Positions 1 to 9,369 of a DNA stretch of 55,534 nt are shown in pieces. The notes beneath the pieces are model-generated. The model did no database searches and had not been told where the DNA came from. It worked only from the letters and a program-made list of their open reading frames with translations. The stretch lies in the NCBI GenBank assembly GCA_020052235.1, contig JAGVPM010000082.1, forward strand, positions 1 through 55,534, read 5' to 3'. A program made the position numbers and the translations under genes. The stretch is from Candidatus Goldiibacteriota bacterium (lineage in GTDB: Bacteria > Oederibacteriota > JAAXVQ01). Within the stretch, counting starts at the first letter, position 1. Each line of letters begins with the position of its first letter.

Positions 1-667
1 AGTATAAAACCGGAATATTCAGCAATTTCTTTTGAACCAAGTAGAGAATATTAATGATACGGCCTGCCCTGCCATTGCCATCATAAAAAGGATGTATGCT
101 TTCAAACCGGTGGTGAATCACCGCCATTTTAATTAAAGGATCCACCGGCGAAATAGTGTCATCATTAATATAGCTTTCCAAATTCGTCATCAATTTTAGT
201 ATCTCATCGGCATTTTGAGGTGGGACATAGATAGTCTCGCCAGTTTGATCATTTTTAAGCTCAGTCCCAGGCAGTTTTCTAAAACCAGCATTATTTTTAA
301 TTAATTCAGATTGTATTTCCAAAATAAAATTATTTGTTAACCTTTCATTATTTTTCACTAAATTGAAACCTTTTTTCAGAGCTTGGGCATAATCCCTAAC
401 CTCTTTGGCAGCTGGATTCAAACGCATTTCAGGAAAAAGTCCGTGTTTAAATAATTCATCCTGAGTAGTAATAATATTTTCAATTGCCGAACTGTCCTTA
501 GCTTCTTGAAGCGCTAATGAATTAATTAAAATACCTTCGTTCGGTATCGTTTGCGCTACACCTTTTAATTCCGCTAAATATCTATGCGCCTGTGCGGCTT
601 TTTTTAATACTTCCCGCGTTTCAATCTCAGTTTGAGGTGGTAGTGGGTTTAATTGAAATGTTGACAT
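1..667 (-). CDS. Fic family protein (Fic_N + Fic), 3' end outside the window
   Basis: Not in the ORF track. Manual translation from ATG 667 (GGGAG RBS) gives MSTFQLNPLPPQTEIETREVLKKAAQAHRYLAELKG...SSAIEN...HPFYDGNGRAGR, i.e. the canonical Fic motif plus an N-terminal (S/T)xxxE(G/N) inhibitory motif. Confidence 0.93.
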   Translation of the reverse strand, partial: MSTFQLNPLPPQTEIETREVLKKAAQAHRYLAELKGVAQTIPNEGILINSLALQEAKDSSAIENIITTQDELFKHGLFPEMRLNPAAKEVRDYAQALKKGFNLVKNNERLTNNFILEIQSELIKNNAGFRKLPGTELKNDQTGETIYVPPQNADEILKLMTNLESYINDDTISPVDPLIKMAVIHHRFESIHPFYDGNGRAGRIINILYLVQKKLLNIPVLY

Positions 668-688
668 ATAAAACTCCCGAATACTCTA

Positions 689-756
689 TGTATAAAAACA
701 ACTAACTTTTATACACGTTACATTTCGTTTGTATATTTTTCTATATTTTTTATACA
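689..756. promoter_or_regulatory. Two palindromic operator-like sites TGTATA-N15-TATACA upstream of fic
   Basis: Sites at 689-715 and 730-756 have identical half-sites and spacing. Confidence 0.55.
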
Positions 757-811
757 TATGTTATATTTTATCTTTTATTTATAATGTTATTACTCATCTA
801 TAGTTCGAGTA

Positions 812-841
812 ATCATATTGCCTTTTTATCCTTTTTGTCAA
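812..841 (-). promoter_or_regulatory. Sigma70-type promoter for fic
   Basis: Minus-strand TTGACA(841-836)-N18-TATGAT(817-812). Confidence 0.55.
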
Positions 842-967
842 TGAAAAATGCCAATTTAAAGGTTATGGTTTTTAACCAGTGTGGGGAGCCACCCTGCCTT
901 AGTCAGAATTGGCGTATAATGCTACTGTGACATTTTACTGTGACACCAGTGGGATGATACGGTCTGA

Positions 968-2080
968 CTAGCACTCCGGACAAATGGCGGCAATATCGAA
1001 GTTTTGTCCCACCAAGCGCGTGGCATGCTCGATCTTGGACAAATCCGTGGGCCGGATCTTGGCCATCAAATCGTGAACGATCGAAGCCACCGTATAGGTA
1101 TCCTTGGCGCAGGAGATGATGGGAATTTTGCTGTGCCGGATCAGGTCCATGATGGCCGGATGAGGCAAAAATTTCCCGGTCAGGATGATCCCGGCCACGG
1201 TTTCCAAATTTTTCGCATTGTCGGAAATGGTCACGCCAATGGCCGCCAGGATAATGTCCTCGCGGTCGCTGGGGGTTATGATGAGCGAGCCGGGACTGAA
1301 ATAATCCAAGGCCTGGTGCGTGCTCATGGCCCCGACCAGGGGATGCTTCACCAGGGTGTTGAGCAGAGTCTCATCCGCGTGCTCGCTAATGAGCTCCCCG
1401 TCGGTCTCCTCCAACACCTCGCGCACCGAGGGCGCGGGCAAAACTTCGTCGTAGGGCAACACGCCCAGCACTTTGATGCCTAAGCTCTTGAACCCGCGCG
1501 TCACCAGCTTGCACACGTGATCGTACTTGCTGGGTTGCACCTTATTGATAACTACCCCCGCCAGTTCCACGCCTTCTTTGGCCAGAAGCTCGCGGTTGAG
1601 CGCCACTTCGTCAATCGGGCGCCCCACGCCCCCCGGCGCCACTAAAATCACCGAGGCCTTGAGCAGCTTAGCCACGCGCGCATTGGACAGGCCCAGCACC
1701 GAACCCACCCCGGCGTGCCCAGTGCCCTCGATTACCACGAAGTCGCGCCCGGCGCTCACACGCGCATACGCCTGTAAAATGGATGTGTCCAGCGGGTGCT
1801 CATCTGTCCGTGTCTGCATGATCCAGTCCGTGGTAAACCCCTGCCCGACAGTTACGGGATTCATATCCCGCAGATCGGAACCCGTATTAAAAACGCGCTC
1901 CATCAATACCGAATCCTCATCGACTTTGATGTCTCCCACGGCCACGGTGCGCTGTCCCACGGGTTTGATGTAGCCGAAATTTTTGTTGCGCAATTTCAGG
2001 TTGCCCAGCAGCCCCAGCGAAAGTGTGGTCTTACCTTCGTTCTGCTGTGTGGCGGCAATGAAAATATTAGGAACTGACAT
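968..2080 (-). CDS. BioD-like/AAA_26 + DRTGG domain protein (phosphotransacetylase N-terminal-like)
   Basis: Motifs NEGKTT, GYIKPVG, VIEGTGH and ITPSDREDI. ATG overlaps the upstream TGA at 2080. No PTA catalytic domain. Confidence 0.85.
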   Translation of the reverse strand: MSVPNIFIAATQQNEGKTTLSLGLLGNLKLRNKNFGYIKPVGQRTVAVGDIKVDEDSVLMERVFNTGSDLRDMNPVTVGQGFTTDWIMQTRTDEHPLDTSILQAYARVSAGRDFVVIEGTGHAGVGSVLGLSNARVAKLLKASVILVAPGGVGRPIDEVALNRELLAKEGVELAGVVINKVQPSKYDHVCKLVTRGFKSLGIKVLGVLPYDEVLPAPSVREVLEETDGELISEHADETLLNTLVKHPLVGAMSTHQALDYFSPGSLIITPSDREDIILAAIGVTISDNAKNLETVAGIILTGKFLPHPAIMDLIRHSKIPIISCAKDTYTVASIVHDLMAKIRPTDLSKIEHATRLVGQNFDIAAICPEC

Positions 2081-4488
2081 CAAACCCTCCCCACCAAACG
2101 GTTCACGACTTCGACAGCCTGGACCGAGTCTGCCGCATAGCCGTCAGCGTCGATCTCTTCCGCGTACTTGCGCGTCACCACCGCGCCCCCAACCATAACC
2201 TTGACCCCCGGGCAGCGCTGCCGCGCCAGGGCAATCACCTTGGGCATTTCCACCATGGTGGTGGTCATAAGCGCAGAAAGCCCGATCACACAAGCTTTGT
2301 GGACCAAGGCCTGCTCGACGATAGTATCCTCATCCACGGACTTACCCAGGTCCAGCACAGTGTATCCGTTGTTGCGCAGCATAAGCCCCACGATTTTTTT
2401 ACCAATGTCGTGCACGTCGCCTTTGACCGTGGCCATGACCACCGTGCCCTTCTGCGTCTGCTCGCCCTGTTGCAACAAGGGCGTAAGAAATTGCACGCCG
2501 CGCTCCATGGCCTCGGCTGCCGCAATCAACTGCGGCAAAAAAATCACGCGCTGCGCGTACTTGTCCCCCACTTCCTGAATGGCCGGAAACATCTGCCCAG
2601 TCAAAATCTCCAGCGGTTTCGCGCCCTGCTCCACGCGCTGCTTGAGCACCTCGACAATCTTTTCCTTGCGCCCTTTGATGATAAGGCCGCGCACGTCCCC
2701 GGGTTCGCTTTCTTGGGAAGCGTTGGCTGCCGCGGCTTTGGGGTCCATCTGCGCAAAACGTTCCAAAAACGCCAGGGCGCCGGGATCGCGCCCGGTCAGC
2801 ACATCCGAACTCAAGCGCAAGTCGCGCAGCAATTCATCAGCCGGATTGGCAATCACGCTCGAAAGCCCCGCGGCCGCGGCCATGGCCAAAAACGCGCTGT
2901 TGAGGTACGGCCGCGCCGGCAGGCCAAAAGAAATATTGGAAAGTCCCAGCACCGTGTTGGCCTGGAGTGACTGGGACGCATATTTCAGCGTATCCAGCGC
3001 CAGGGATGCATGCGCGGGATTGGCCGACACAGTCAATGCCAGCCCGTCCACCACCATGTTTTCCGTGGAGATGCCCAGCTCCAAGCACTGCTGGACAAAA
3101 GCATCTAAAATCTCGCGGCGCTCGTCGAGGGTTTCGGGGATGCCGCCGTCATCCAAAGGCAAAAAAATAAACGCGGCGCCGTACTTGGCCACCACGGGCA
3201 AAAGTGTTTCCAGTTTATGCTTCTCGCCGGAAAGCGAATTCACCAACACACGCCCCGGATACACGCGCAGCGCCGCCTCAATAACTTCCGGTTTGCTCGA
3301 ATCCAGGCACAGCGGCAGTTCCGAAGCCAAAGCCAATTCTTCCGCCACTTTTTGCATGAGCGCCTTTTCATCCACGCCGGGCATCCCTACGTTCACATCC
3401 AAAATATCCGCGCCTTGCGCTTGCTGCGCCAGAGCCAAATCTTTCAAGCGGTCGAGCTTGCCTGCCAGCAGTTCAGCCTGCAACTGCGCTTTGCCCGTGG
3501 GATTGATGCGCTCCCCGATCACGCGCAGGGGCTGATGCGGTTGGCTGGACAAACCCACGGTCTTGCGCGCACTGGAGATCAATAAGGTTTTAGGCGCAGC
3601 CATGACCTGTTGCACTGCTTTACCTTTAATGCCCGCAGCCAAAGCGCGAATATGCTCAGGCGTGGTGCCGCAGCATCCACCTGCAAGCGTGACCCCCGCT
3701 TCCCAAAACGCCTGGGCAAATGACCCGAACTCCTCCGGACCCATGGGAAACACGGTCTTGCCATCCACGACCTGCGGCAGCCCCGCATTGGGTTTGACCA
3801 AAAGCGGTATGCGCGCAAAAGGCGCCAAGGCACGAATGATCTCTACCATAGGAGCAGGACCCGTGGAACAATTCACGCCAAACCCGTCTGCCCCAAGTGA
3901 TTGCAAAATGTTCAAACAAGTCAAAGGATCAGAGCCGGTCAGCGTGCGCCCGTGCTCGTCAAAGGTCACGGACACAATTACCGGCAGGTTGGAAACTTCT
4001 TTAGCTGCCAGGAGCGCCGCGCGGCATTCCTGGATATCGATCATGGTTTCAATGACCAACAAATCCACTCCAGCCGAGTGCAGCCCTTGGATCTGCTCGC
4101 GAAAAATATCCACGCCTTCCTCAAACGGCGTCTCGCCAAAAGGCCGGAAGAAAATTCCGGTAGCGCTCACGTTTCCCGCCGCGTACCCGCCGCGCGCATG
4201 CGCGACTTTGAGCGACAACTCCGCCAGGCGCCGGTTGTACTCAGCAACTTTTTGCTCCAGCCCGTAGTTGTGCAGCTTCACCCGGTTGGCGCCAAACGTA
4301 GGTGTGTAAACAATATTCGAACCCGCGTTAAAATATTCGTTTTGAATGCCCTGGATCACATCTGGATGCTCCAGGCAAAACGTCTCCGGGCAAACACCCG
4401 CAGGCATCCCGCGCCGCTGAAGCATTACCCCGGTGGACCCATCCAGGATGGCAATTTTATTTTTCAACAAACCCGTTAGCCGGCTCAC
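2080..4488 (-). CDS. metH: Cobalamin-dependent methionine synthase core (Hcy-binding, pterin-binding and B12-binding domains; no activation domain)
   Basis: Motifs ILDGSTG, GVNCS, GGCCGTTPEHI, IGERINPTGK, GLSNISFGLP, GDVHDIGK and GLSALMTTT. Confidence 0.92.
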   Translation of the reverse strand: MSRLTGLLKNKIAILDGSTGVMLQRRGMPAGVCPETFCLEHPDVIQGIQNEYFNAGSNIVYTPTFGANRVKLHNYGLEQKVAEYNRRLAELSLKVAHARGGYAAGNVSATGIFFRPFGETPFEEGVDIFREQIQGLHSAGVDLLVIETMIDIQECRAALLAAKEVSNLPVIVSVTFDEHGRTLTGSDPLTCLNILQSLGADGFGVNCSTGPAPMVEIIRALAPFARIPLLVKPNAGLPQVVDGKTVFPMGPEEFGSFAQAFWEAGVTLAGGCCGTTPEHIRALAAGIKGKAVQQVMAAPKTLLISSARKTVGLSSQPHQPLRVIGERINPTGKAQLQAELLAGKLDRLKDLALAQQAQGADILDVNVGMPGVDEKALMQKVAEELALASELPLCLDSSKPEVIEAALRVYPGRVLVNSLSGEKHKLETLLPVVAKYGAAFIFLPLDDGGIPETLDERREILDAFVQQCLELGISTENMVVDGLALTVSANPAHASLALDTLKYASQSLQANTVLGLSNISFGLPARPYLNSAFLAMAAAAGLSSVIANPADELLRDLRLSSDVLTGRDPGALAFLERFAQMDPKAAAANASQESEPGDVRGLIIKGRKEKIVEVLKQRVEQGAKPLEILTGQMFPAIQEVGDKYAQRVIFLPQLIAAAEAMERGVQFLTPLLQQGEQTQKGTVVMATVKGDVHDIGKKIVGLMLRNNGYTVLDLGKSVDEDTIVEQALVHKACVIGLSALMTTTMVEMPKVIALARQRCPGVKVMVGGAVVTRKYAEEIDADGYAADSVQAVEVVNRLVGRV

Positions 4489-4607
4489 GATGAAACTCCT
4501 GAAAAGAGATAAGATCGGAAAGGCGTATTATACAATGGGAGATGGGAGAGGATGAGGAAAAAGTGCGAAAATCAATAAGCTTGCCGCTAATGCTTTCTTG
4601 CGGTGTG

Positions 4608-5426
4608 TTATTTTAAGCCCAGATTTACTTTAAATCGCAGTTTGCGTATGCGCTGCTTGACGTTGTGAATCCACTCGGCATTTTCCGGATCATGTGCGTC
4701 CACGTACTTCAGGAAAAGCGTATAGGCGCCGATGGCCTCCGGCAACGCGCCTTGGTCCTCGCAGATTAATCCCATCTGGGAGTACGCTTCGGCATACGTG
4801 GGATCGTGCGACAGGAGGATTTCCAAAGCCGCCGCCGCATCGTTGTCCCGGCCCAAGCTGCGCAAAATTTTGGCCCGAAAATTTTGTATATACGCCGCAT
4901 CCTGCCCGGTATGGGCCAGGTCGTCGAACACACTCAATGCCGTGGAGAAATCGTTTATGAGATAGTAAATATATCCTGACAATTTCAAAGTCATGGCATC
5001 GTTGGGTTTGAGCACCAGGCAGTGTTCCAAGTCGGCGATGGCCTTGTCAAAAACATTGAGCTGGGCCTGCACCGAAGCGCGCAAATAATATCCGTAGTGA
5101 AATTTCGGTTCCAAGGTCACTGCCTGTTGGCAGTCGTCCAAAGCCAGCGGAGTTTGCCGGTTTTGCAGGTAACAATAACCGCGGTCCGCCAGGACCAGCG
5201 CGCGTTGGCTGCGTGGAGCCAGCGCCAGGGCGCGGGTCAGTGGCACGATGGCGTCGGGGTACTTTTTTTGCAGCATAAGCGCTCGCCCTGCTTCATAGAT
5301 CGTCATGAAGTCGCGCTGCACTTCGGCAGCGCCCGTTGCCGTATGCGGATAGGTCCGGGGTGCGGGCGTGCATGCACCGGCTGTCATGAGTGTGCCCAGC
5401 AGGAAAATGAAGAAGACACGAAACAC
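4608..5426 (-). CDS. TPR repeat protein, probable lipoprotein
   Basis: Multiple TPR motifs. Start re-called at GTG 5426 (AAGGTGG RBS), giving hydrophobic signal MFRVFFIFLLGTLMTAGAC and removing the overlap with the kinase. Confidence 0.8.
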   Translation of the reverse strand: MFRVFFIFLLGTLMTAGACTPAPRTYPHTATGAAEVQRDFMTIYEAGRALMLQKKYPDAIVPLTRALALAPRSQRALVLADRGYCYLQNRQTPLALDDCQQAVTLEPKFHYGYYLRASVQAQLNVFDKAIADLEHCLVLKPNDAMTLKLSGYIYYLINDFSTALSVFDDLAHTGQDAAYIQNFRAKILRSLGRDNDAAAALEILLSHDPTYAEAYSQMGLICEDQGALPEAIGAYTLFLKYVDAHDPENAEWIHNVKQRIRKLRFKVNLGLK

Positions 5427-5457
5427 TATAAAATCCACCTTATGCCGGATAGCGGCC

Positions 5458-7611
5458 TTATTCGGAAAAAACCGGTAAACGGACCACAAAACAGCTTCCC
5501 TGGTTTGGTACACTTTCAACCCGGATGGTGCCGCCGTACATGTCCACAATATCCTTAACGATCCGCAACCCCAATCCTGAACCCGAAATATTATTTTGCA
5601 GCTCGCTGGGGATGCGGTAGAACCCTTCAAAAATCTTCTGCAAATTTTCCGGTTGTATGCCGATGCCCGTATCCTCAACCCTAAGCTCAACTTCACCGGC
5701 ATTCTCGGGAGCAAGCGCCAGTTTCACCGTGACCCGCCCCTTCAAAGTATATTTCAAGGCATTGACGATCAAATTCGTGACCAATTCTTCAATATGCTCC
5801 TGCTGCGCCCGGATTTTAAGCTCCTGTCTTGGCTCCAAGTCAGCGGACAAGTCCAGGCCCTTTTCACAAGCCATGAGTTTGACCGAGTCCACCGCCTGCC
5901 GAACCGTTTTGGAAAAATTCACTGCCACTAATTTTGCGGGAGCCTGCGAAAACTCAAGCTGTTCCACCGTTAAAATCGAATCGGCCAAAGTTTTTAACCG
6001 GCCGGTGTTGCGGTTGATAATATTAATGAAATCTTTTTCGTCATCGGAAAACTGGTGCGATTTCTCCAAAAGCCGGAAATAACTGATAATAATTGCGAGC
6101 GGATTTTTCAACTCATGCGAGAGTGTCGAAAAAAGCCGCTTACGCATGTCTTCCAAGCGATGACGCTCGGTCAAATCGATGACCAGCAAAATGCCTTGCG
6201 ATTTTTCCGGAAAGAGCGCGGCCATGCAGGATACAGGGACGCGGGTGCCGTCGTCCCGGACCGCGTTCATTTCTGCGGAATCCATGCGCCCTTGGCCAAT
6301 TATCTTCTCCCAATAACCCGGCGAATTTCCGGTTTTAGGTTCAATCACATTCGTCAGGGAAAGCTCACCGGCCCTGGCTTCTTCGGCCGTGTGCTCCGTC
6401 AAACGCATAAAGTATTCATTGGCGTCTAAAATTTTCCCTGCCAAATCGAAATATAAAACTCCGACCAGGTTGGATTCAAACATATACCTGTATTTTTTTT
6501 CGTTCTCCCGCAAAGCCTCCTCGGCCACTTGCCGCCGTTCATTGGCACGCGCTGCGATCCAGGAAATTAATAGGATAAAGACCAGCAGCGCGCTGAGGGC
6601 CCAGGATAAATACTGCAGGCGTTTCCATTTCAGCGCATTCAATTCAGCCCGGGGGATGAAAGAAATCAAAGTCCAGTACTTTCCTTGATTGGCGGCCCCA
6701 AATTGCCCCGCTTTGGTTTCCAATTTTTCTGCGCTGGTTTTTAAAAATACCTCGTTGCTAAACCAAGGATAAACCCGGGCAAATGTGAAAAGTCCCTTGT
6801 CAGTTTGGATCTGGCCGCTGCTTTGGCGGGCAATGACACTCCAGGCAACCGGATCCCAAACTTGCATCCTCTGCGTGCGGTTATTTGGGATGATCCAGCC
6901 CCATTCAGGCCCCGGGCGTATGGCGCGAATCCAAAATCCGCGGGAGTCCACAATCAGCATCCGGCTGGATGCGGAAGCAACTGCCTCTTCCAATTCGCTA
7001 ATCAAGTGGGCGCCGAAAAAATTGATGATTACACAACCTTTTTTACGTTTCATCCGGTCCATCACCGGAGTGCCGAAGCGAATGACTGCGGTCAACGGAT
7101 ATTCAACCATGCCCGTAGGCGCGCTTAAATCAAAACCCGATACATAGACTTCCCCGGGGGACATTCGCATACTTTCCCGGAAATAATCGCGGTTCGACTG
7201 CTCCACCAACCGGCCGATGGCCGCATGCGGAGCTTTAATCTGAGGGTTTTGAACTTTAATGATCTCCCGGCCCGTTGCATCCAAGACGCGGATTTTATAA
7301 TACATTCCGGTCTTCCCCAAAACAGTTTCAAACTCCTTGATTAATATATCTTTCGCCCGCGCGCCGCCCGGTTCGAACAACTCATGCAGTTGCACATGAT
7401 CGGCCAATTGCATGAGGTCATTGCCGACCAGGGAAAAATGATTGTAGGTAATTTCCCTTTGGAGCTTACTCTTGGAAAGTTCCCGGGTTTTTAAAAGATT
7501 TTGATCCGACCGGATATCCTGCAGGTAACCCAACCACATAACCACACAGGCCAACAAGGCCAAAGGCAAGGCTATGCTCAAGGTATTTTTAAGCAATTGT
7601 ATGTTTTTCAA
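5458..7611 (-). CDS. Membrane sensor histidine kinase (Cache-like periplasmic domain, PAS, HisKA, HATPase)
   Basis: Two TM segments, H-box LSHELKNPL, N-box NLIVNALKY, and G-boxes VEDTGIGI and GSGLGL. Confidence 0.92.
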   Translation of the reverse strand: MKNIQLLKNTLSIALPLALLACVVMWLGYLQDIRSDQNLLKTRELSKSKLQREITYNHFSLVGNDLMQLADHVQLHELFEPGGARAKDILIKEFETVLGKTGMYYKIRVLDATGREIIKVQNPQIKAPHAAIGRLVEQSNRDYFRESMRMSPGEVYVSGFDLSAPTGMVEYPLTAVIRFGTPVMDRMKRKKGCVIINFFGAHLISELEEAVASASSRMLIVDSRGFWIRAIRPGPEWGWIIPNNRTQRMQVWDPVAWSVIARQSSGQIQTDKGLFTFARVYPWFSNEVFLKTSAEKLETKAGQFGAANQGKYWTLISFIPRAELNALKWKRLQYLSWALSALLVFILLISWIAARANERRQVAEEALRENEKKYRYMFESNLVGVLYFDLAGKILDANEYFMRLTEHTAEEARAGELSLTNVIEPKTGNSPGYWEKIIGQGRMDSAEMNAVRDDGTRVPVSCMAALFPEKSQGILLVIDLTERHRLEDMRKRLFSTLSHELKNPLAIIISYFRLLEKSHQFSDDEKDFINIINRNTGRLKTLADSILTVEQLEFSQAPAKLVAVNFSKTVRQAVDSVKLMACEKGLDLSADLEPRQELKIRAQQEHIEELVTNLIVNALKYTLKGRVTVKLALAPENAGEVELRVEDTGIGIQPENLQKIFEGFYRIPSELQNNISGSGLGLRIVKDIVDMYGGTIRVESVPNQGSCFVVRLPVFSE

Positions 7612-7699
7612 CTCAATAGTCCCCCACGGCTATTATCTCACATTCGGCCTGTAATTTCACGCGGGTAAGGGAAGGTACAAGCTACCGATTGCAAAACGA

Positions 7700-8662
7700 C
7701 TACTTGGTGTTCGGCTGTAATGGACGCATCCGCTCCGCGATCCAGTGTTGGATCGTTTCATTGGATTTTAAAATCGTTTCTTTGCCGTGCGGGCCCTCGG
7801 GTACTAATGCCAGCTGCTTATCCGGATGGCTCCAGGCCGCCAGGATTTCCTCACACCCCCGGCGGTCCGCCACGCTGTCTTGTTCTCCGTAGATCATCAG
7901 CAACGGAACTTTTTGCGCTTTCGCTTGGGCGGCCATGCTCTCGATGAGCTTCTGCACTCCCAACATATAACTCAGGCTGAAATATTTGACCAGCATGGGG
8001 TCCTGGTTGCGTTGGCGGGCTTCTGCGCGCTCCCGCGGATCGCTGATGCGTTCCGGATCCCCGGACATGTTGACAATCGGCGTGTGCGGCGCAAACAGGT
8101 AATACGCGGCGTACCGCATATACTCCCACCACGTGGGCGTCATTCCGGGCGCGGCTTTTCTACGGTAAGGGGGATTGACCAGGATGATGCCATCCACGCG
8201 GTCCAGGGCTTGGGCCGCGGCCAGCGCCACGGCGCAGGACATACTGTGTCCGAAAATAAACACCCGCCGGCTCGGCGTGAGCGCAGGCGCGTCTTGGGCA
8301 ATGCCTTCAATAAAATCATCCACAAAACGTGTAAGCGAAATTATATCCCCGCGCGTCCCTTCCGAGTATCCGGTTCCCCGTGGGAATACAGCCACCACGC
8401 GGCGGTCAACACCGGCCAATGTATTCAGCACATCGCGATCCATTCGGGGATTCATGCCCGTAATGCCCGGAGCCATGTATGCGGTCGAGGATGCGCCGGA
8501 CGCGGGCTGAAGCTTAACCACGTGCAGCCGAAGTCCGTCGCGTGTAGTAAAAAAAGCGTCCTCCCCGGACATAGATGAAACCTCCGGCCGGGGATTGGAC
8601 AAGCCTGCACATCCCGCGCAAACATTGCCCAACAAAACAGCCAACGCCATCCACACCCGCAT
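7700..8662 (-). CDS. Alpha/beta hydrolase (lysophospholipase-like), probable lipoprotein
   Basis: Motifs GTGYSEG, nucleophile elbow GHSMS and YGEQDSV...H. Start ATG 8662 has an AAGGAG RBS and a CAGC lipobox-like motif. Confidence 0.85.
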   Translation of the reverse strand: MRVWMALAVLLGNVCAGCAGLSNPRPEVSSMSGEDAFFTTRDGLRLHVVKLQPASGASSTAYMAPGITGMNPRMDRDVLNTLAGVDRRVVAVFPRGTGYSEGTRGDIISLTRFVDDFIEGIAQDAPALTPSRRVFIFGHSMSCAVALAAAQALDRVDGIILVNPPYRRKAAPGMTPTWWEYMRYAAYYLFAPHTPIVNMSGDPERISDPRERAEARQRNQDPMLVKYFSLSYMLGVQKLIESMAAQAKAQKVPLLMIYGEQDSVADRRGCEEILAAWSHPDKQLALVPEGPHGKETILKSNETIQHWIAERMRPLQPNTK

Positions 8663-8733
8663 CGTCTCTCCTTGGCTTGGCCGCTGCTGTTCTAAGGCCA
8701 ACACCGCCGTTTGTTCAACCTCATAGTTTCCAG

Positions 8734-9369
8734 CTAAAAATCGAAATACAGAGATATACGGGGATAAAAGCCCGTATCTGATTTGCCATTATATGTAAAA
8801 GCCGAGATCATATTTACTTTCAAGTCAATTCCGAACCATTTCCAAATTTTATATATTCCGCCAATGGCCAATTCATGCCAAACTCCATCCAAGAAAAACG
8901 TGAGGTCATTGGAACAGTAGAATTTATATTTTTCCGCATAATATTCATAATTTAAACCCAGTAAGGGAGCGCAACCGAATCCCTTGTTAGGATCGAACAT
9001 GTCCCAAACATCGAAAAAAACCGACATTCCGGCTTTCGGCAGCAAATACTGGCCGGATTTTTGATCGGAATTCCCCAGCGGAAACTTGTAATCCGCAGAA
9101 ATATTCAAACGGGTGAAATTTCCGACAACATATTCGGAAATATAAAACGCATCGAGATCCGCATTGAGGCCAAGTTGGTTTTCCCAAATAAAACGGGGAG
9201 AGGAATAATTAATTGCATAGTTTAAATAACCGTATTTTGCATTCATAAAAACGCCCAAACTCATTTCATGGCTATCGGGCAAATTGTCCTTGGCATAGGC
9301 CGTTGGATTGAAATGCGGCAATAGAACTAAAAATACAAAAAAAAATTTTATAATACCTTTATTGTTCAT
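8734..9369 (-). CDS. Hypothetical exported protein, possible small outer-membrane beta-barrel
   Basis: Signal peptide, aromatic-rich alternating strands and C-terminal ISLYFDF. ATG 9369 has a GGGAG RBS and overlaps the upstream gene end. Confidence 0.6.
   Translation of the reverse strand: MNNKGIIKFFFVFLVLLPHFNPTAYAKDNLPDSHEMSLGVFMNAKYGYLNYAINYSSPRFIWENQLGLNADLDAFYISEYVVGNFTRLNISADYKFPLGNSDQKSGQYLLPKAGMSVFFDVWDMFDPNKGFGCAPLLGLNYEYYAEKYKFYCSNDLTFFLDGVWHELAIGGIYKIWKWFGIDLKVNMISAFTYNGKSDTGFYPRISLYFDF

Noticed and set aside
2168-4479. Long plus-strand ORFs antisense to metH (e.g. 2579-3535), and similar shadow ORFs across the window
   Set aside because: They mirror well-supported genes in GC-rich DNA and show no motifs or RBS.
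4608-5714. Large gene overlaps implied by the longest-ORF calls (also 17669-18433, 34905-37475 and 37345-38856)
   Set aside because: Downstream starts with an RBS and/or signal peptide (or, for 18283, simply the next in-frame ATG) remove the overlaps.
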